NCBI GenBank assembly: GCA_002269645.1
Contig: NIVC01001499.1
Location: 310,001-374,000 of the forward strand
DNA: 64,000 nt
Origin: Macrostomum lignano
Taxonomy: Eukaryota
Reading direction: 5' to 3'
In this document: positions 25,786 through 38,900 of the stretch, piece by piece
How positions within the stretch are numbered: the first letter of the stretch is position 1
How the letters are laid out: the number at the start of each line of letters is the position of its first letter
Program-made: the position numbers and the translations under genes
The notes under the pieces: model-generated
Told to the model about the DNA's origin: nothing
Databases searched by the model: none
What the model saw: only the letters and a program-made list of their open reading frames with translations

Positions 25786-26308
25786 GTGGCTACTGGCTCT
25801 GGTAGCATGCATCACTATAAAACTGGCTGTACTACCGGAAATGCACCCGGTGCCAAAGTGTACCTCGGTGGAAAAAGTTGACAATGGATTTTTTGCCGTG
25901 TTTACCGACTTGGAGACCTACATTGACACTCCGATAATCAACTCTATCGGCGTTTCGAGGCCTAAGGTGCTTTTTCTACTAGGCAGTTTAGTGACAGCCA
26001 TCACCGCGGCATTCCTGTACCAGCTGACTGTTCTGCAGATGGCAATCGGCAGTGTTGGTACAACATTTGAGTTTCTACTGGGCGTGAGTCCTATTGAAGG
26101 AGCTGCGTTATTGCTGAATCTCTTTGCTACTCAGACAAATTTTCTACTGTTGTTTATGCCTTTTCTGGCCAAGATGAGCGAGTCGGAGCTGTTCTGCATT
26201 CTGGTTCTCATGCTGGTGAAAACACCTAGCGAAGATGACGAGTACTGGACTTACAAGGGCGCCTCTATGTCTGTTGAAAATCCTTCATACTTCAATAGGA
26301 AAGTACAC
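25786..26308 (+). CDS. Uncharacterised multi-pass membrane protein, exon 2
   Basis: ttacag|GTGG phase 2 keeps frame into ORF 25841-26317 (IISR|WLLALVAC..); donor CAC|gtaagc, phase 0. Confidence 0.75.
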
Positions 26309-26361
26309 GTAAGCTGATTCAGTAAAGCATCATTTTATGGGGATTCGAAAATCAAGGGAAA

Positions 26362-26885
26362 GTGGAGAGGCAGATTCAACGACTCGGAGAGAACAGAGAA
26401 GCTAGATTTAAGAACTAGGAGAGAACGGAGAGGCAGATTTGAGGACTAGGAGAGAACGGAGAGGCAGTTTCAACGACTAGGAGGGAGTTGAGAGGCAGAT
26501 TCAACGACTAGGAGGGAGTGGAGACTGGAGAGGCAGATTCAACGACTAGGAGGGAGTGGAGACTGGAGAGGCAGATTCAACGACTAGGAGGGAGTGGAGA
26601 GGCAGATTCAACGACAACGAAAGAGAACGGAGAGGCAGTTTCAACGACTAGGAGTGGAGAGGCAGTTTCAACGACTAGGAGGGAGTGGAGACTGGAGAGG
26701 CAGTTTCAACGACTAGGAGTGGAGAGGCAGTTTCAACGACTAGGAGTGGAGAGGCAGTTTCAACGACTAGGAGGGAGTGGAGAGGCAGTTTCAACGACTA
26801 GGAGTGGAGAGGCAGTTTCAACGACTAGGAGGGAGTGGAGAGGCAGTTTCAACGACTAGGAGAGAGTGGAGAAGCAGATTCAACT
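26362..26885. repeat. 27/31/39-bp minisatellite (GAGAGGCAGTTTCAACGACTAGGAGGGAGTG)n
   Basis: direct reading; intronic. Confidence 0.93.
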
Positions 26886-26921
26886 AACCTAATGAAGACA
26901 GCAACCAATGTCAACTCTCAG

Positions 26922-27737
26922 GTAACAACCCAGTCCACCTATACGCCTCAACGCCTTGCCGTGCGCAGTCTGCTAATATTTCCGTTAATAACTCTATTCT
27001 GCCGAGTGCTATACCCGTCCGGAGGCAAGATCAGCGCGCGTTCGTCGCAATTTCGCCAACTGAGCTCTATGAAAGATAGTCGACCGTTTGCATCGATGGG
27101 CGAGAGCCTCTTATTCTTTGTCTCGTACTGTCTGAGATCTCTATGCCGCTATTTCGTCATGATTATGTTCTTCCACTGCGTCGAATATTTATTCCGTTTT
27201 GTTGGCAATTCTATCGACTTCGAAATTGGATATAGGAACAAAACCGAATCGGCTGTTCTAGAGCTAAGCGGTGCGTTTATATCGCCGCTAACAGACTTGA
27301 CCGAATTCTACCCGTCGAAAGGCTACAGGCTCAGCGGTTACATTGTTAGAAAGTTCTTCTATCCGAAGACTTCGTTTCAAAGCATATTCGTGCTGGACGA
27401 CTATTTAAGAATGAACCGACTGCCAGATCCCTACCTGGACGAATATCACGAGTTAAGCGCGCCGATAAAAGAGATTGTAGTGTCCGGCTCGTTCAGTTGG
27501 GACACTATTATCATATTCGTAGCATTTACCACAGATTTTTTAACCAAAGATCGCAAGACTTCCATTGGTTTCATAATCAGAGGCTGCTTAACCGCCGTGT
27601 TAATCTATGCTGCTATGCAAAATCTTCTCTATTTGACCTGCGACGATGCCAGTCTAAAGAAGCTCTACAATATCAGTAGCGAGTGGATTAAAACAATTGA
27701 TAGGTCTGCAAGTTTACCCATTCGCGAGTGTTCATAG
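26922..27737 (+). CDS. Uncharacterised multi-pass membrane protein, exon 3
   Basis: ctaac branch-like motif and ctcag|GTAAC acceptor in phase 0 with ORF 26835-27737; joined CDS 2442 nt = 813 aa + stop. Confidence 0.75.
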   Translation, partial: VTTQSTYTPQRLAVRSLLIFPLITLFCRVLYPSGGKISARSSQFRQLSSMKDSRPFASMGESLLFFVSYCLRSLCRYFVMIMFFHCVEYLFRFVGNSIDFEIGYRNKTESAVLELSGAFISPLTDLTEFYPSKGYRLSGYIVRKFFYPKTSFQSIFVLDDYLRMNRLPDPYLDEYHELSAPIKEIVVSGSFSWDTIIIFVAFTTDFLTKDRKTSIGFIIRGCLTAVLIYAAMQNLLYLTCDDASLKKLYNISSEWIKTIDRSASLPIRECS

Positions 27738-29249
27738 GATGCCTTTGTGAACTGTTACAGAAAAATCTTATAATTTGTTATTACGACAGTTGTGCCTGTT
27801 TCTGATGAGTTAATAAGACTATATGGTTTTAAAACTTTATTTGAAGAGACTGTTAACTTACTTTCCTGGTTATAGAACCTTTGCAAAAGACTTATTTCAC
27901 GGGGCGCGAAAGTTTTTCTCTAGAATTTTAGGGGTTTACCAAGGTAACTTTCTTGAGTTCAATTCACGATAATTTATATCGCGTAAAGGGCGACTTGTCG
28001 AAACGAATGAATGATTTTTGTCGATTTATGACAATCTATATAACTAGGCAAGTATAATAAGTGAAATAAAGAGCTAAAAAGAAGTCAATAATCAAAACTT
28101 TATGCAGTTATCTGTGAAGTTGGACAATGAGAACAACTTTTATATGCCAGATATTTATTTATAACAGAAGACAATTGCCGACTGGCATTCTATACAGTCT
28201 AGTGCTTTCTCGATAAAAATTTCATATTTGAGAACTATGAATATTATGTCAGAGAAGCAAGAATGTTTGACAAAAAATTAATTTAATTATGTGGAGTCTA
28301 AATAAACAACAAATTAAAAAAAACAGGTCTCAACAAAAAGCACACAAATGCTCTGTGCAGACTCGATTTCTACAAGGCGTTGTGTGGCAATTTAAGATTC
28401 TGTACTTTAAATAAATCAGATTCTGCTGCAGTCTGCGACAATCAAAAGTACATGAGGGACTTTTTGTATTGTACTCGTAATAATATTAAAAAATCACAGG
28501 TGAATCGATTACTTTATTTATTACCAGTAGTGATGAAATTCCGACTGAATGAATTTGAACATTGTTTTACAAAAATCTATTTTTAAAGAAAATGTTTTTG
28601 AGAATACAGAGATGAACTTTCTGGTGCAATGCATTTCTTGGACATTCAATTACAAATAAAGAATATACATTTAATGTAGCACAAGACAAGATCCGGGAAG
28701 GCACACTGTGAATTGCGCTGCACGACAAAGTGACACCCGACATTCAATTCAGATTTTAGTTGACAACTAAAATGTTGTTTATGTTTTATAAGTTGATTTA
28801 AGTTGATTTATAAACAGAGATAAGTACATTTTGATACTGTCACACGATCACAGCCGAAATAGAAATCGAAATATTTAGTATACAATACAAATTAGAATTA
28901 AATACATTTTAATAGGTTGCACGCAAAGCACAATTAATTGTTTACGCATATTTTCTTAGCACATAAAGAAAGGTAAGTGCAATTTATTTCATTGCAAATT
29001 ATATTTCATACTACAATAAAATTTTAAAAAAATTACATATACATAAATTATGTAATAAGTGCAGACAAGTGTGTGTTTAAGCCGTTTATCAAAAATATGG
29101 ATTTAAATTTAAGTAAGCATCGACGAAATCAATTATGAGCACGCAAATGTTAATAATTAAAAGATCAATATTTTACCTTTTTCATTCTATTGAACTGTTC
29201 CGAGATTATTTGATTTTTTTGCGCAAAGACAACTAAAGCAACGTATATA

Positions 29250-29916
29250 CAGGACGCGACACTCACGTTTCATGGAAAAAGTTTTGAAAGCCAATATTCG
29301 CAGAAAATACACTACAGAGATAGGAAGTTTTTATGTTTTGCATATTAAAACTGTTATTGCTTTCGATAGGAGGCAGACCCAATGTTCATCTTTTAATATG
29401 TTGTGCATTTTTATAGCTCTATTGATACTCATAAAGCTTCTCATCCAGAAAATTAGGGTTCTATGTTAATTTCTGATTCTACGTACATTTCCTGTACCTA
29501 AAATCATAAAAATACACGGCACAGCTCCAATCTATGGTTTTATGAATCTATTTTATCAACTCTGTCACACATTGTTACACAGTCAGCTGAGAATGACAAA
29601 ATAGACTCATAAAACCAATGAGCCGATTCGTGCCATTTTTTATGGTTTTTAGGCGCAGGACATGCAATTGTATATAGATCAATAAGAAATTAACTCAGAA
29701 TCCCAATTTTCTAAACGAAAAGCCCCATGAATATCAATAGAGCTATAAGGAAGGCACAACTAACATATAAAAGATGAACACTGTGTCTGCCTCCTATCGA
29801 AAGCAATAACAATTTTTGTGATGAAAGACGCGAAAAGTTTCTATCTCCGTAGTGTATTTTTCGGCGAAAAGTGGCCCTCAAAACGTTTTCCTTTATATTT
29901 AGAGTGTTGCGTCCTT
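29250..29916. mobile_element. Foldback / MITE-like element (about 330-bp imperfect arms, almost no spacer)
   Basis: left and right halves align as reverse complements (e.g. TGTTATTGCTTTCGATAGGAGGCAGAC / GTCTGCCTCCTATCGAAAGCAATAACA); begins TA|CAGGACGCGACACTC, ends GAGTGTTGCGTCCT. Confidence 0.75.
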
Positions 29917-30129
29917 TTAATTTAGAAGTCCTTGTTTTTGCGATTTTGATTTTTTTTCCAAATGTTAAGACATTTTCCAGCACAGTAATTCAATGATAAA
30001 TATCGTGAAGATGGATTTTGTCAGAGATTCTTTAAAACTTTAGAATCCTCGAACCGCAACAGCAGAAGCAGCAAGCGGTTTAAATTGGCTACAATTAAAG
30101 AAGAGAAACGCTACGCACAATCAGCGCAT

Positions 30130-31092
30130 TTAAGAGGACAGCGACACCCGATCGCTATTCAAGTCCTGGACGCATTGGTCAAACAGTTCGGCAAATTCCA
30201 GCCGGTCGCTCCGATTCACAAGCTGCATAGAGACAGCTTTGACATTGTCGAATAATGACTCAATATCCAAGTCTGGCAGCGGATTCTTCAACAGCTCCAT
30301 CATCTGGCTATAGTCCATGGTTAATAATTGGCTCTCATACAGTCGCAGGATGCCTAGAGATGCTCGATAGAGGAACGCATCTCCGTCGTGAACGAACATA
30401 TCCCAGATGCGGCAGGCAACATCGTATTGCAGATTCTTAGCGAAGATGGTGAACACCCAGTCTGTTAGAATCGGCCGCATATGGAACTCGTGCAATTCGA
30501 AGTGTTTAGCTAATCTGGGCAGATTCTCGCATAGCAACGCTTCGAATGTCAGCTCGTAGGCTCGCATGCAGCGCTCATCGAATCGATAGTGAGCCCGCAG
30601 GCAGGGCCGGCTTAAAAGATTAGCAAACGACACGAATGCGTGATAATCCGAGGAGCAGTTTAGCAGCAGCACGGCGCAGATAAACGACATGCCTTGGACG
30701 TAGCCAGTGTCCGGGGAGAAGCTGGCGTAAGCCGCTAATAAATCAAACAGCCTGTCGTGATAAGGCCCGCCGCGTTGAAACAGTTTAATGTCCGGCAGGG
30801 TCCGACTGACATCTAATGAGATCAGCTTCAATGAGTTCATCTCTGCCGTCCGTTCGACAATATCTGTTGAGTTAGCGGAACTGCTAGCTGAGGACGGCTT
30901 CAACTGCTGTTTCTCAGCCATATCTCTGGCTCGGCTAACGTGTATGTCGAACAATTCCTCAGTGATTCGAAGTTCGTTGCCTAATAGACGGAACCAGACC
31001 TGCGGTCGGGCGTTGCTAGGCACGCCGTGCCAGCAAAGGTCGCGAAATTTTTTCGCCTCCCGACTAGTGAACTCTTGCCAGTTGGGAAGGAC
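30130..31092 (-). CDS. TBC1D14: TBC1D12/14-like RabGAP, exon 3 (TBC domain)
   Basis: cgcag|GTC acceptor; VLPNW..RDLCWHGVPSNARPQVW, ISLDVSRT, GGPYHD, GYVQGMSFI, ACRIWDMFVHDG closely follow TBC1D12/14. Confidence 0.92.
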   Translation of the reverse strand, partial: VLPNWQEFTSREAKKFRDLCWHGVPSNARPQVWFRLLGNELRITEELFDIHVSRARDMAEKQQLKPSSASSSANSTDIVERTAEMNSLKLISLDVSRTLPDIKLFQRGGPYHDRLFDLLAAYASFSPDTGYVQGMSFICAVLLLNCSSDYHAFVSFANLLSRPCLRAHYRFDERCMRAYELTFEALLCENLPRLAKHFELHEFHMRPILTDWVFTIFAKNLQYDVACRIWDMFVHDGDAFLYRASLGILRLYESQLLTMDYSQMMELLKNPLPDLDIESLFDNVKAVSMQLVNRSDRLEFAELFDQCVQDLNSDRVSLSS

Positions 31093-31174
31093 CTGCGGGG
31101 TTTTGCGTTATCGATACTAGTTTAAAAACTGCTGATCGATATTAGAAATCAGTTATCATTAGCAAAAATCATTT

Positions 31175-31940
31175 ATCCATATCTGTAACTGATTATCGAT
31201 ATCTATAAGTGATCATCGATATCTATAACTGATTATCGATATCTATAACTGATTATCGATATCTATAAGTGATCATCGATATCTATAACTGATTATCTAT
31301 ATCTATAACTGATTATCGATATCTATAAGTGATAACTGAAATCTATAACTTAAGATCGATAACTATAACTGATTATCGATATCTATAACTGATTATCGAT
31401 ATCTATAACTGATTATTGATATCTATATTTACAATTGAATATCAATATCTATAACTGATTATCGATATTTATAACTGATTATCGATATCTATAAGTGATC
31501 ATCGATATCTATAACTGATTATCGATATCTATAACTGATTATCGATATCTATAACTGATTATTGATATCTATATTTACAATTGAATATCAATATCTATAA
31601 CTGATTATCGATATTTATAACTGATTATCGATATCTATAAGTGATCATCGATATCTATAACTGATTATCGATATCTACATTTACAATTGAACATCGATAT
31701 CTATAACTGATTATCGATATTTATAACTGATTATCGATATCTATAAGTGATCATCGATATCTATAACTGATTATCGATATCTATATTTAAAATTGAACAT
31801 CGATATCTATAACTGATTATCGATATTTATAACAAATTACTAATATCTATAACTGATTATAGATATCCATAACTGATTATAGATATCCATAACTGATTAT
31901 CATATCTACAACTGATTATCGATAATTAATTCTAAATATC
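31175..31940. repeat. 20-bp minisatellite (ATCGATATCTATAACTGATT)n
   Basis: direct reading; contains ATCGAT/GATATC palindromes. Confidence 0.93.
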
Positions 31941-32479
31941 TAGAACTAGTTATCGATATCGGAACCAATATTAGCAAATACCGATGCTCTATTAAAATTA
32001 TGTATCTTATGTCATACTTATAGCTCAAAAAGCGTTTATCTAGATATTGCCACAGAGAAGGTCAATTACAAAGTATTTGACACTTGGACACAGCTGCGCA
32101 ATAAAAAGTACACGCGAGCCTACAGTATGTACCGAGATAGCGCTTGCATGGCGCTTGAGTACTGCACTAGCATGCCTATGAACTTTTCTAGATATTGGCC
32201 ATATCAGCTGGTATGATGGTCTACTTTAATCGGTAATTTTGAGGCCACATTCTCAAGAGAACTACAATAGAAGCAGAAAAATTTTCACACACTCTTAAGG
32301 CATGAAAAATATGGGGCGAGAGAGATACGTAGGAGATTAAAATAGCGAGTTTAAATAAGGTAAAGACAGGAGGCAGGTAACTGCGGGTTTATTAAAATAA
32401 CCAACGCATGGATACTAATGAACCAACAAAGGGAAAGTGTGCTCAAACAAACGCTGGATGAGAATGGAATAGATTAAAG

Positions 32480-34525
32480 ATTAGAGAGATAAGAGAGATA
32501 ATAGATGAGAGATCACACAGAAAATAGACGAGAGATTAGAGAGACAATAGATGAGAGAACACACAAAAAATAGATTAGAGATTAGACAAATATTAGATGA
32601 GAGAACACACAGAGAACAAATTAGAGATCAGACAGATAATAGATGAGAGATCACACAGAGAATAGATGAGAGATAAGACAGATAATAGATGAGGGATCAC
32701 ACAGAGAATAGATGAGAGATCAGACAGATAATACTGTAGATGAGAGATCACACAGAGAATAGATGAGAGATTAAGCAGATATTAGATGAGAGATCACACA
32801 GAGAATAGATGAGAGATTAGACAGATATTAGATGAGAGATCACACAGAGAATAGATGAGAGATTAGAGAGATAATAGATGAGAGATCACACAGAGAATAG
32901 ATAAGAGACTAAACAGATATTAGATAAGAGATCACACAGAGAATAGATGAGAGATTAGACAGATAATAGATGAGAGATCACACAGAGAATAGATGAGAGA
33001 TTAGACAGATATTAGATGAGAGATCACACAGAGAATAGATAAGAGATTAAACAGATATTAGATGAGAGAACACACTAAAAATAGATTAGAGATTAGACAA
33101 ATATTAGATGAGAGATCACACAGAGAATAGATGAGAGATTACAGAGATAATAGATGAGAGATCACACAGAGAATAAATGAAAGATTAGAGAGATAATAGA
33201 TGAGAGATCACAGAGAATAGATGAGATGAGAGATCACACAGAGAATAGATGAGAACACACTAAAAATAGATTAGAGATTAGACAAATATTAGATGAGAGA
33301 TCACACAGAGAATAGATAAGAGATTAGAGAGATAATAGATGAGAGATCACAGAGAATAGATGAGAGATTAGAGAGATAATAGATGAGAGATCACACAGAG
33401 AATAAATGAAAGATTAGAGAGATAATAGATGAGAGATCACAGAGAATAGATGAGATGAGAGATCACATAGAGAATAGATGAGAACACACTAAAAATAGAT
33501 TAGAGATTAGACAAATATTAGATGAGAGATCACACAGAGAATAAATTAGAGATCAGACAGATAATAGATGAGAGATCACACAGAGAATAGATGAGAGATA
33601 AGACAGATAATAGATGAGGGATCACACAGAGAATAGATGAGAGATCAGACAGATAATACTGTAGATGAGAGATCACACAGAGAATAGATGAGAGATTAAG
33701 CAGATATTAGATGAGAGATCACACAGAGAATAGATGAGAGATTAGACAGATATTAGATGAGAGATCACACAGAGAATAGATGAGAGATTAGACAGATATT
33801 AGATGAGAGATCACACAGAGAATAGATGAGAGATTAGAGAGATAATAGATGAGAGATCACAGAGAATAGATGAGATGAGAGATCACACAGAGAATAGATG
33901 AGAGATTAGACAGAGAATAGATGAGAGATCACACAGAGAATAGATGAGAGATTAGAGAGATAATAGATGAGAGATCACACAGAAAATAGATAAGAGATTA
34001 GACAGATATTAGATGACAGATCACACAGAGAATAGATAAGAGATTAAACAGATATTAGATGAGAGAACACACAAAAAATAGATTAGAGATTAGACAAATA
34101 TTAGATGAGAGATCACACAGAGAATAAATAAGAGATTAAACAGATATTATATGAGAGAACACACAAAAAATAGATTAGAGATTAGACAAATATTAGATGA
34201 GAGATCACACAGAGAATAGATGAGAGATTAGAGATAATAGATGAGAGATCACACAGAGAATAAATGACAGATTAGAGAGATAATAAATGAGAGATCACAC
34301 AGAGAATATATGAGAGATTAGAGAGATAATAGATGAGAGATCACACAGAGAATAAATGAGAGATTAGAGAGATAATAGATGAGAGATCACAGAGAATAGA
34401 TGAGATGAGAGATCACACAGAGAATAAATAAGAGATTAGAGAGATAATAGATGAGAGATCACAGAGAATAGATGAGATGAGAGATCACACAGAGAATAGA
34501 TGAGAGATTAGACAGAGAATAAATA
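32480..34525. repeat. 23-bp-based minisatellite (GAGAGATCACACAGAGAATAGAT / GAGAGATTAGACAGATATTAGAT)n
   Basis: direct reading. Confidence 0.95.
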
Positions 34526-34577
34526 AGATAAATAAATAAGATCCAGACAGTTATAACACAATCAAGAAGCAACCAAC

Positions 34578-34793
34578 CTTATTCTGCCATGTATCCATCA
34601 GCTTCTGCGCCTGATTTTCCAACCGCCGATTCTTGTCGCTATCCTTTCGTCGACGCAGCCGATCGTCCTCTTCTTTTCGTTGGGCATTGCGCAGCATCTC
34701 CTGGTACTCGCGTTGGTGCCGAGCCAGTTCGCTCAGATCTTTGGGAGGCGCCCCTGTAGGCCGATCCACCGCGATCAGGCCTAGGGTGGACAC
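34578..34793 (-). CDS. TBC1D14: TBC1D12/14-like RabGAP, exon 2 (coiled coil before TBC)
   Basis: gccag|GTG, AAG|gttgg, 216 nt, phase 0-0; LIAVDRPTGAPPK..HQREYQEM resembles LILEDRPANLPAK..HRQQYEEM of TBC1D14. Confidence 0.9.
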
Positions 34794-34879
34794 CTGGCGG
34801 GTGAGGAGCAGGGGTCATCAATTTGCTAGATTGACCTTCACCCTGATATCTGTTCTCTATTTATAATATCTTATCTACT

Positions 34880-35900
34880 CTCCGTGTTTGACCTCTCATC
34901 TATTCTGTATCTAAACTCTTATCTATTTCCTGTGTCTGATCTCTCATCTATTCTGTATCTAAACTCTCATCTATTCTATGTGTCTGATCTCTTATCTATT
35001 TCCTGTGTCTGATCTCTCATCTATTCTGTATCTAAACTCTCATCTATTCTATGTGTCTGATCTCTCTATTTTCTGTGTCTAATCTCTCGTCTATTCTCTG
35101 TGACTAATCTCGCATCTTTCTCCGTGTCTGATCTCTCATCTATTCTGTGTCTGATCTCTCATCTATTCTCTGGTCTAATGTCTCATCTATTCTCCGTGTC
35201 TGATCTCTTATCTATTCCCTGTGTCTGATCTCTCATCTATTCTTTGTCTAAACTCTCATCTATTCTATGTGTCTGATCTCTCTATTTTCTGTGTCTAATC
35301 TCTCGTCTATTCTCTGTGTCTAATCTCGCATCTTTCTCCGTGTCTGATCTCTCGTCTATTCTGTGTCTGATCTCTCATCTATTCTCTGGTCTAATGTCTC
35401 ATATATTCTCTGTGTCTAATCTCGCATCTTTCTCCGTGTCTGATCTCTCATCTATTCTGTGTCTGATCTCTCATCTATTCTCTGGTCTAATGTCTTATAT
35501 ATTCTCTGTGTCTAATCTCTTATCTATTCCCTGTGTCTGATCTCTCATCTATTCTGTATCTAAACTCTCATCTATTCTATGTGTCTGATCTCTCTATTTT
35601 CTGTGTCTAATCTCTCGTCTATTCTCCGTGTCTGATCTCTCGTCTATTCTGTGTCTGATCTCTCATATATTCTCTGTGTCTAATCTCTTATCTATTCTCT
35701 GTGTCTGATCTCTTATCTATTCTCTGGTCTTATCTCTTATCTATTCTCTGTCTAAACTCTCATCTTTTTTTGTGTCTGATCTCTCTCTTTTCTGCGTCTG
35801 ATCTCTATATTTTCTGTGTCTGACCTCTTATCTATTCTCTGTGTCTAATCTCTCATCTATTCTCTTTCTGATCTCTCATCTATTCTCTGTCTGATCTCTC
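34880..35900. repeat. Same minisatellite family in the opposite orientation (TCTGATCTCTCATCTATTCTCTGTG)n
   Basis: reverse complement of units in 32480-34525; duplicated at 39391-40370. Confidence 0.92.
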
Positions 35901-38900
35901 ATCGACTCTTTGTGTTGAGGTCTTGAATTTTTTGTCTAAAAAACCTAAACTGAATGTTTGAAATGGCCTTATTAATCCTATCTAATACCTGAATATGTCT
36001 AGATAAAACATATATTTACTCAGCAAAAGTACAAAAGTTGTACACTTACACGGCCCTTAGTCGCCAATATTATTGTACTAATATTTAAACAGGTAATATT
36101 ACTAAAATAATTAATAACGATTTCTACTAACTAAACAATAAACCTAGTACAAATAATGGAAGTTGTTTTCTCAAACACACGCTTGCACACTTATACACAG
36201 AAGGGCAGCGGCGCGCTGTAAAGCGCGAGACAAAAAATGAGAGAATAAAAAGGGTTGCAACAAGTCAGCTGAGCGGCTAATTGATATGCATGCATTTATA
36301 TCAGTTGCACACAAGATCAAAGGTAAGGAATTAGGAGAGGCACCCCCAGGTAAGGGCTTACAGAGAAACAGGGTGCAATTATATATGCACCACGGTGGCC
36401 TTACACAGATAGGACAACGTGCAAGAGTTTGTATGTACATTCAGAGTTTGTGCATATAAAATTAAATGTTTCTTCGCGTTCATTTCCCTAACAGCAATGC
36501 AGTGCAGTAAAGTTATTTCATTGCGGTCAAATTGTATAGAGCCTACTTAAAAGTAGGTATGGAGAAGTAGTTAGATAAAGATTCTCATTTTGATAAGTTT
36601 AAAATCCATAATTTTGATCAATTTTAAATCCCCATTTTGATCAATTTAAAATCCTAATTTTGATCAATTTAAAAACCTCATTTTGATCAATTTAAAAACC
36701 TCATTTTGATCAATTTAAAAAACCTCATTTTGATCAATTTAAAAACCTCATTTCGATCAATTTAAAATCCTTATTTTGATCAATTTAAAAACCTCATTTT
36801 GATCAATTTAAAATCTTCGTTTTGATCAATTTAAAATCCTAATTTTGATTAATTTAAAATCCTCATTTTACTCAATTTAAAATCCTCAGTTCGATCAATT
36901 TAAAATCCTCGTTTTGATCAATTTAAAATCCTCATTTTGATCAATTTTAAATCCCCCATTTTGATCAATTTAAAATCCTAATTTTGATCAATTTAAAAAC
37001 CTCATTTTGATCAATTTAAAAACCTCATTTTGATCAATTTAAAATCCTCATTTTGATCAATTTAAAATCCTCATTTTGATCAATTTAAAATCCTTGTTCT
37101 GATCAATTTAAAATCCTCATTTCGATCAATTTAAAAACCTCATTTTGATCAATTTAAAATCCTCATTTCGATCAATTTAAAAACCTCATTTTGATCAATT
37201 TAAAATCCTCATTTCGATCAATTTAAAAACCTCATTTTGATCAATTTAAAATCTTCGTTTTGATCAATTTAAAATCCTAATTTTGATTAATTTAAAATCC
37301 TCATTTTACTCAATTTAAAATCCTCAGTTCGATCAATTTAAAATCCTCGTTTTGATCAATTTAAAATCCTCATTTTGATCAATTTTAAATCCCCCATTTT
37401 GATCAATTTAAAATCCTAATTTTGATCAATTTAAAAACCTCATTTTGATCAATTTAAAAACCTCATTTTGATCAATTTAAAATCCTCATTTTGATCAATT
37501 TAAAATCCTCATTTTGATCAATTTAAAATCCTTGTTCTGATCAATTTAAAATCCTCATTTCGATCAATTTAAAAACCTCATTTTGATCAATTTAAAATCC
37601 TCATTTCGATCAATTTAAAAACCTCATTTTGATCAATTTAAAATCCTCATTTCGATCAATTTAAAAACCTCATTTTGATCAATTTTAAATCCCCATTTTG
37701 ATCAATTTAAAATCCTCATTTTGATCAATTTAAAATCCTCATTTTGATCAATTTAAAAACCTCATTTTGATCAATTTAAAATCCTTGTTCTGATCAATTT
37801 AAAATCCTCATTTCGATCAATTTAAAAACCTCATTTTGATCAATTTAAAATCCTCATTTCGATCAATTTAAAAACCTCATTTTGATCAATTTAAAATCCT
37901 CATTTTGATTAATTTAAAAACCTCATTTTGATCAATTTAAAATCCTCATTTTGATCAATTTAAAAACCTCATTTTGATCAATTTAAAATCCTTGTTCTGA
38001 TCAATTTAAAATCATCATTTTGATCAATTTAAAATCCTCATTTTGATCAATTTAAAATCCTCATTTTGATCAATTTAAAAACCTCGTTTTGATCAATTTA
38101 AAATCCTCATTTTGATCACCTTAAATCCTCATTTCGATCAATTTAAAATCCTTATTTCGATCAATTTAAAATCCTTATTTTGATCAATTTAAAAACCTCA
38201 TTTTGATCAATTTAAAATCCTCATTTTGATCACCTTAAATCCTCATTTCGATCAATTTAAAATCCTCATTTTGATCAATTTAAAATCCTCATTTTGATCA
38301 ATTTAAAATCCTTGTTCTGATCAATTTAAAATCCTCATTTCGATCAATTTAAAAACCTCATTTTGATCAATTTAAAATCCTCATTTTAATCAATTTAAAA
38401 TCCTCATTTTGATCAATTTAAAATCCTTGTTCTGATCAATTTAAAATCCTCATTTTGATCAATTTAAAAACCTCATTTCGATCAATTTAAAATCCTCATT
38501 TCGATCAATTTAAAAACCTCATTTTGATCAATTTAAAATCCTCATTTCGATCAATTTAAAAACCTCATTTTGATCAATTTAAAATCCTCATTTTGATTAA
38601 TTTAAAAACCTCATTTTGATCAATTTAAAATCCTCATTTCGATCAATTTAAAAACCTCATTTTGATCAATTTAAAATCCTCATTTTGATCAATTTAAAAT
38701 CCTTATTTTGATCAATTTAAAATCATCGTTTCAGTCCATTTAAAATCCTTATTTTGATCAATTTAAAATCCTTATTTTAGTCAATTTAAAATCCTTATTT
38801 TGATCAATTTAAAATCATCGTTTTAATCAATTTAAAACTCTCATTTTGATCAATTTAAAATCCTCATTTCAGTCCATTTAAAATCCTTATTTTGATCAAT

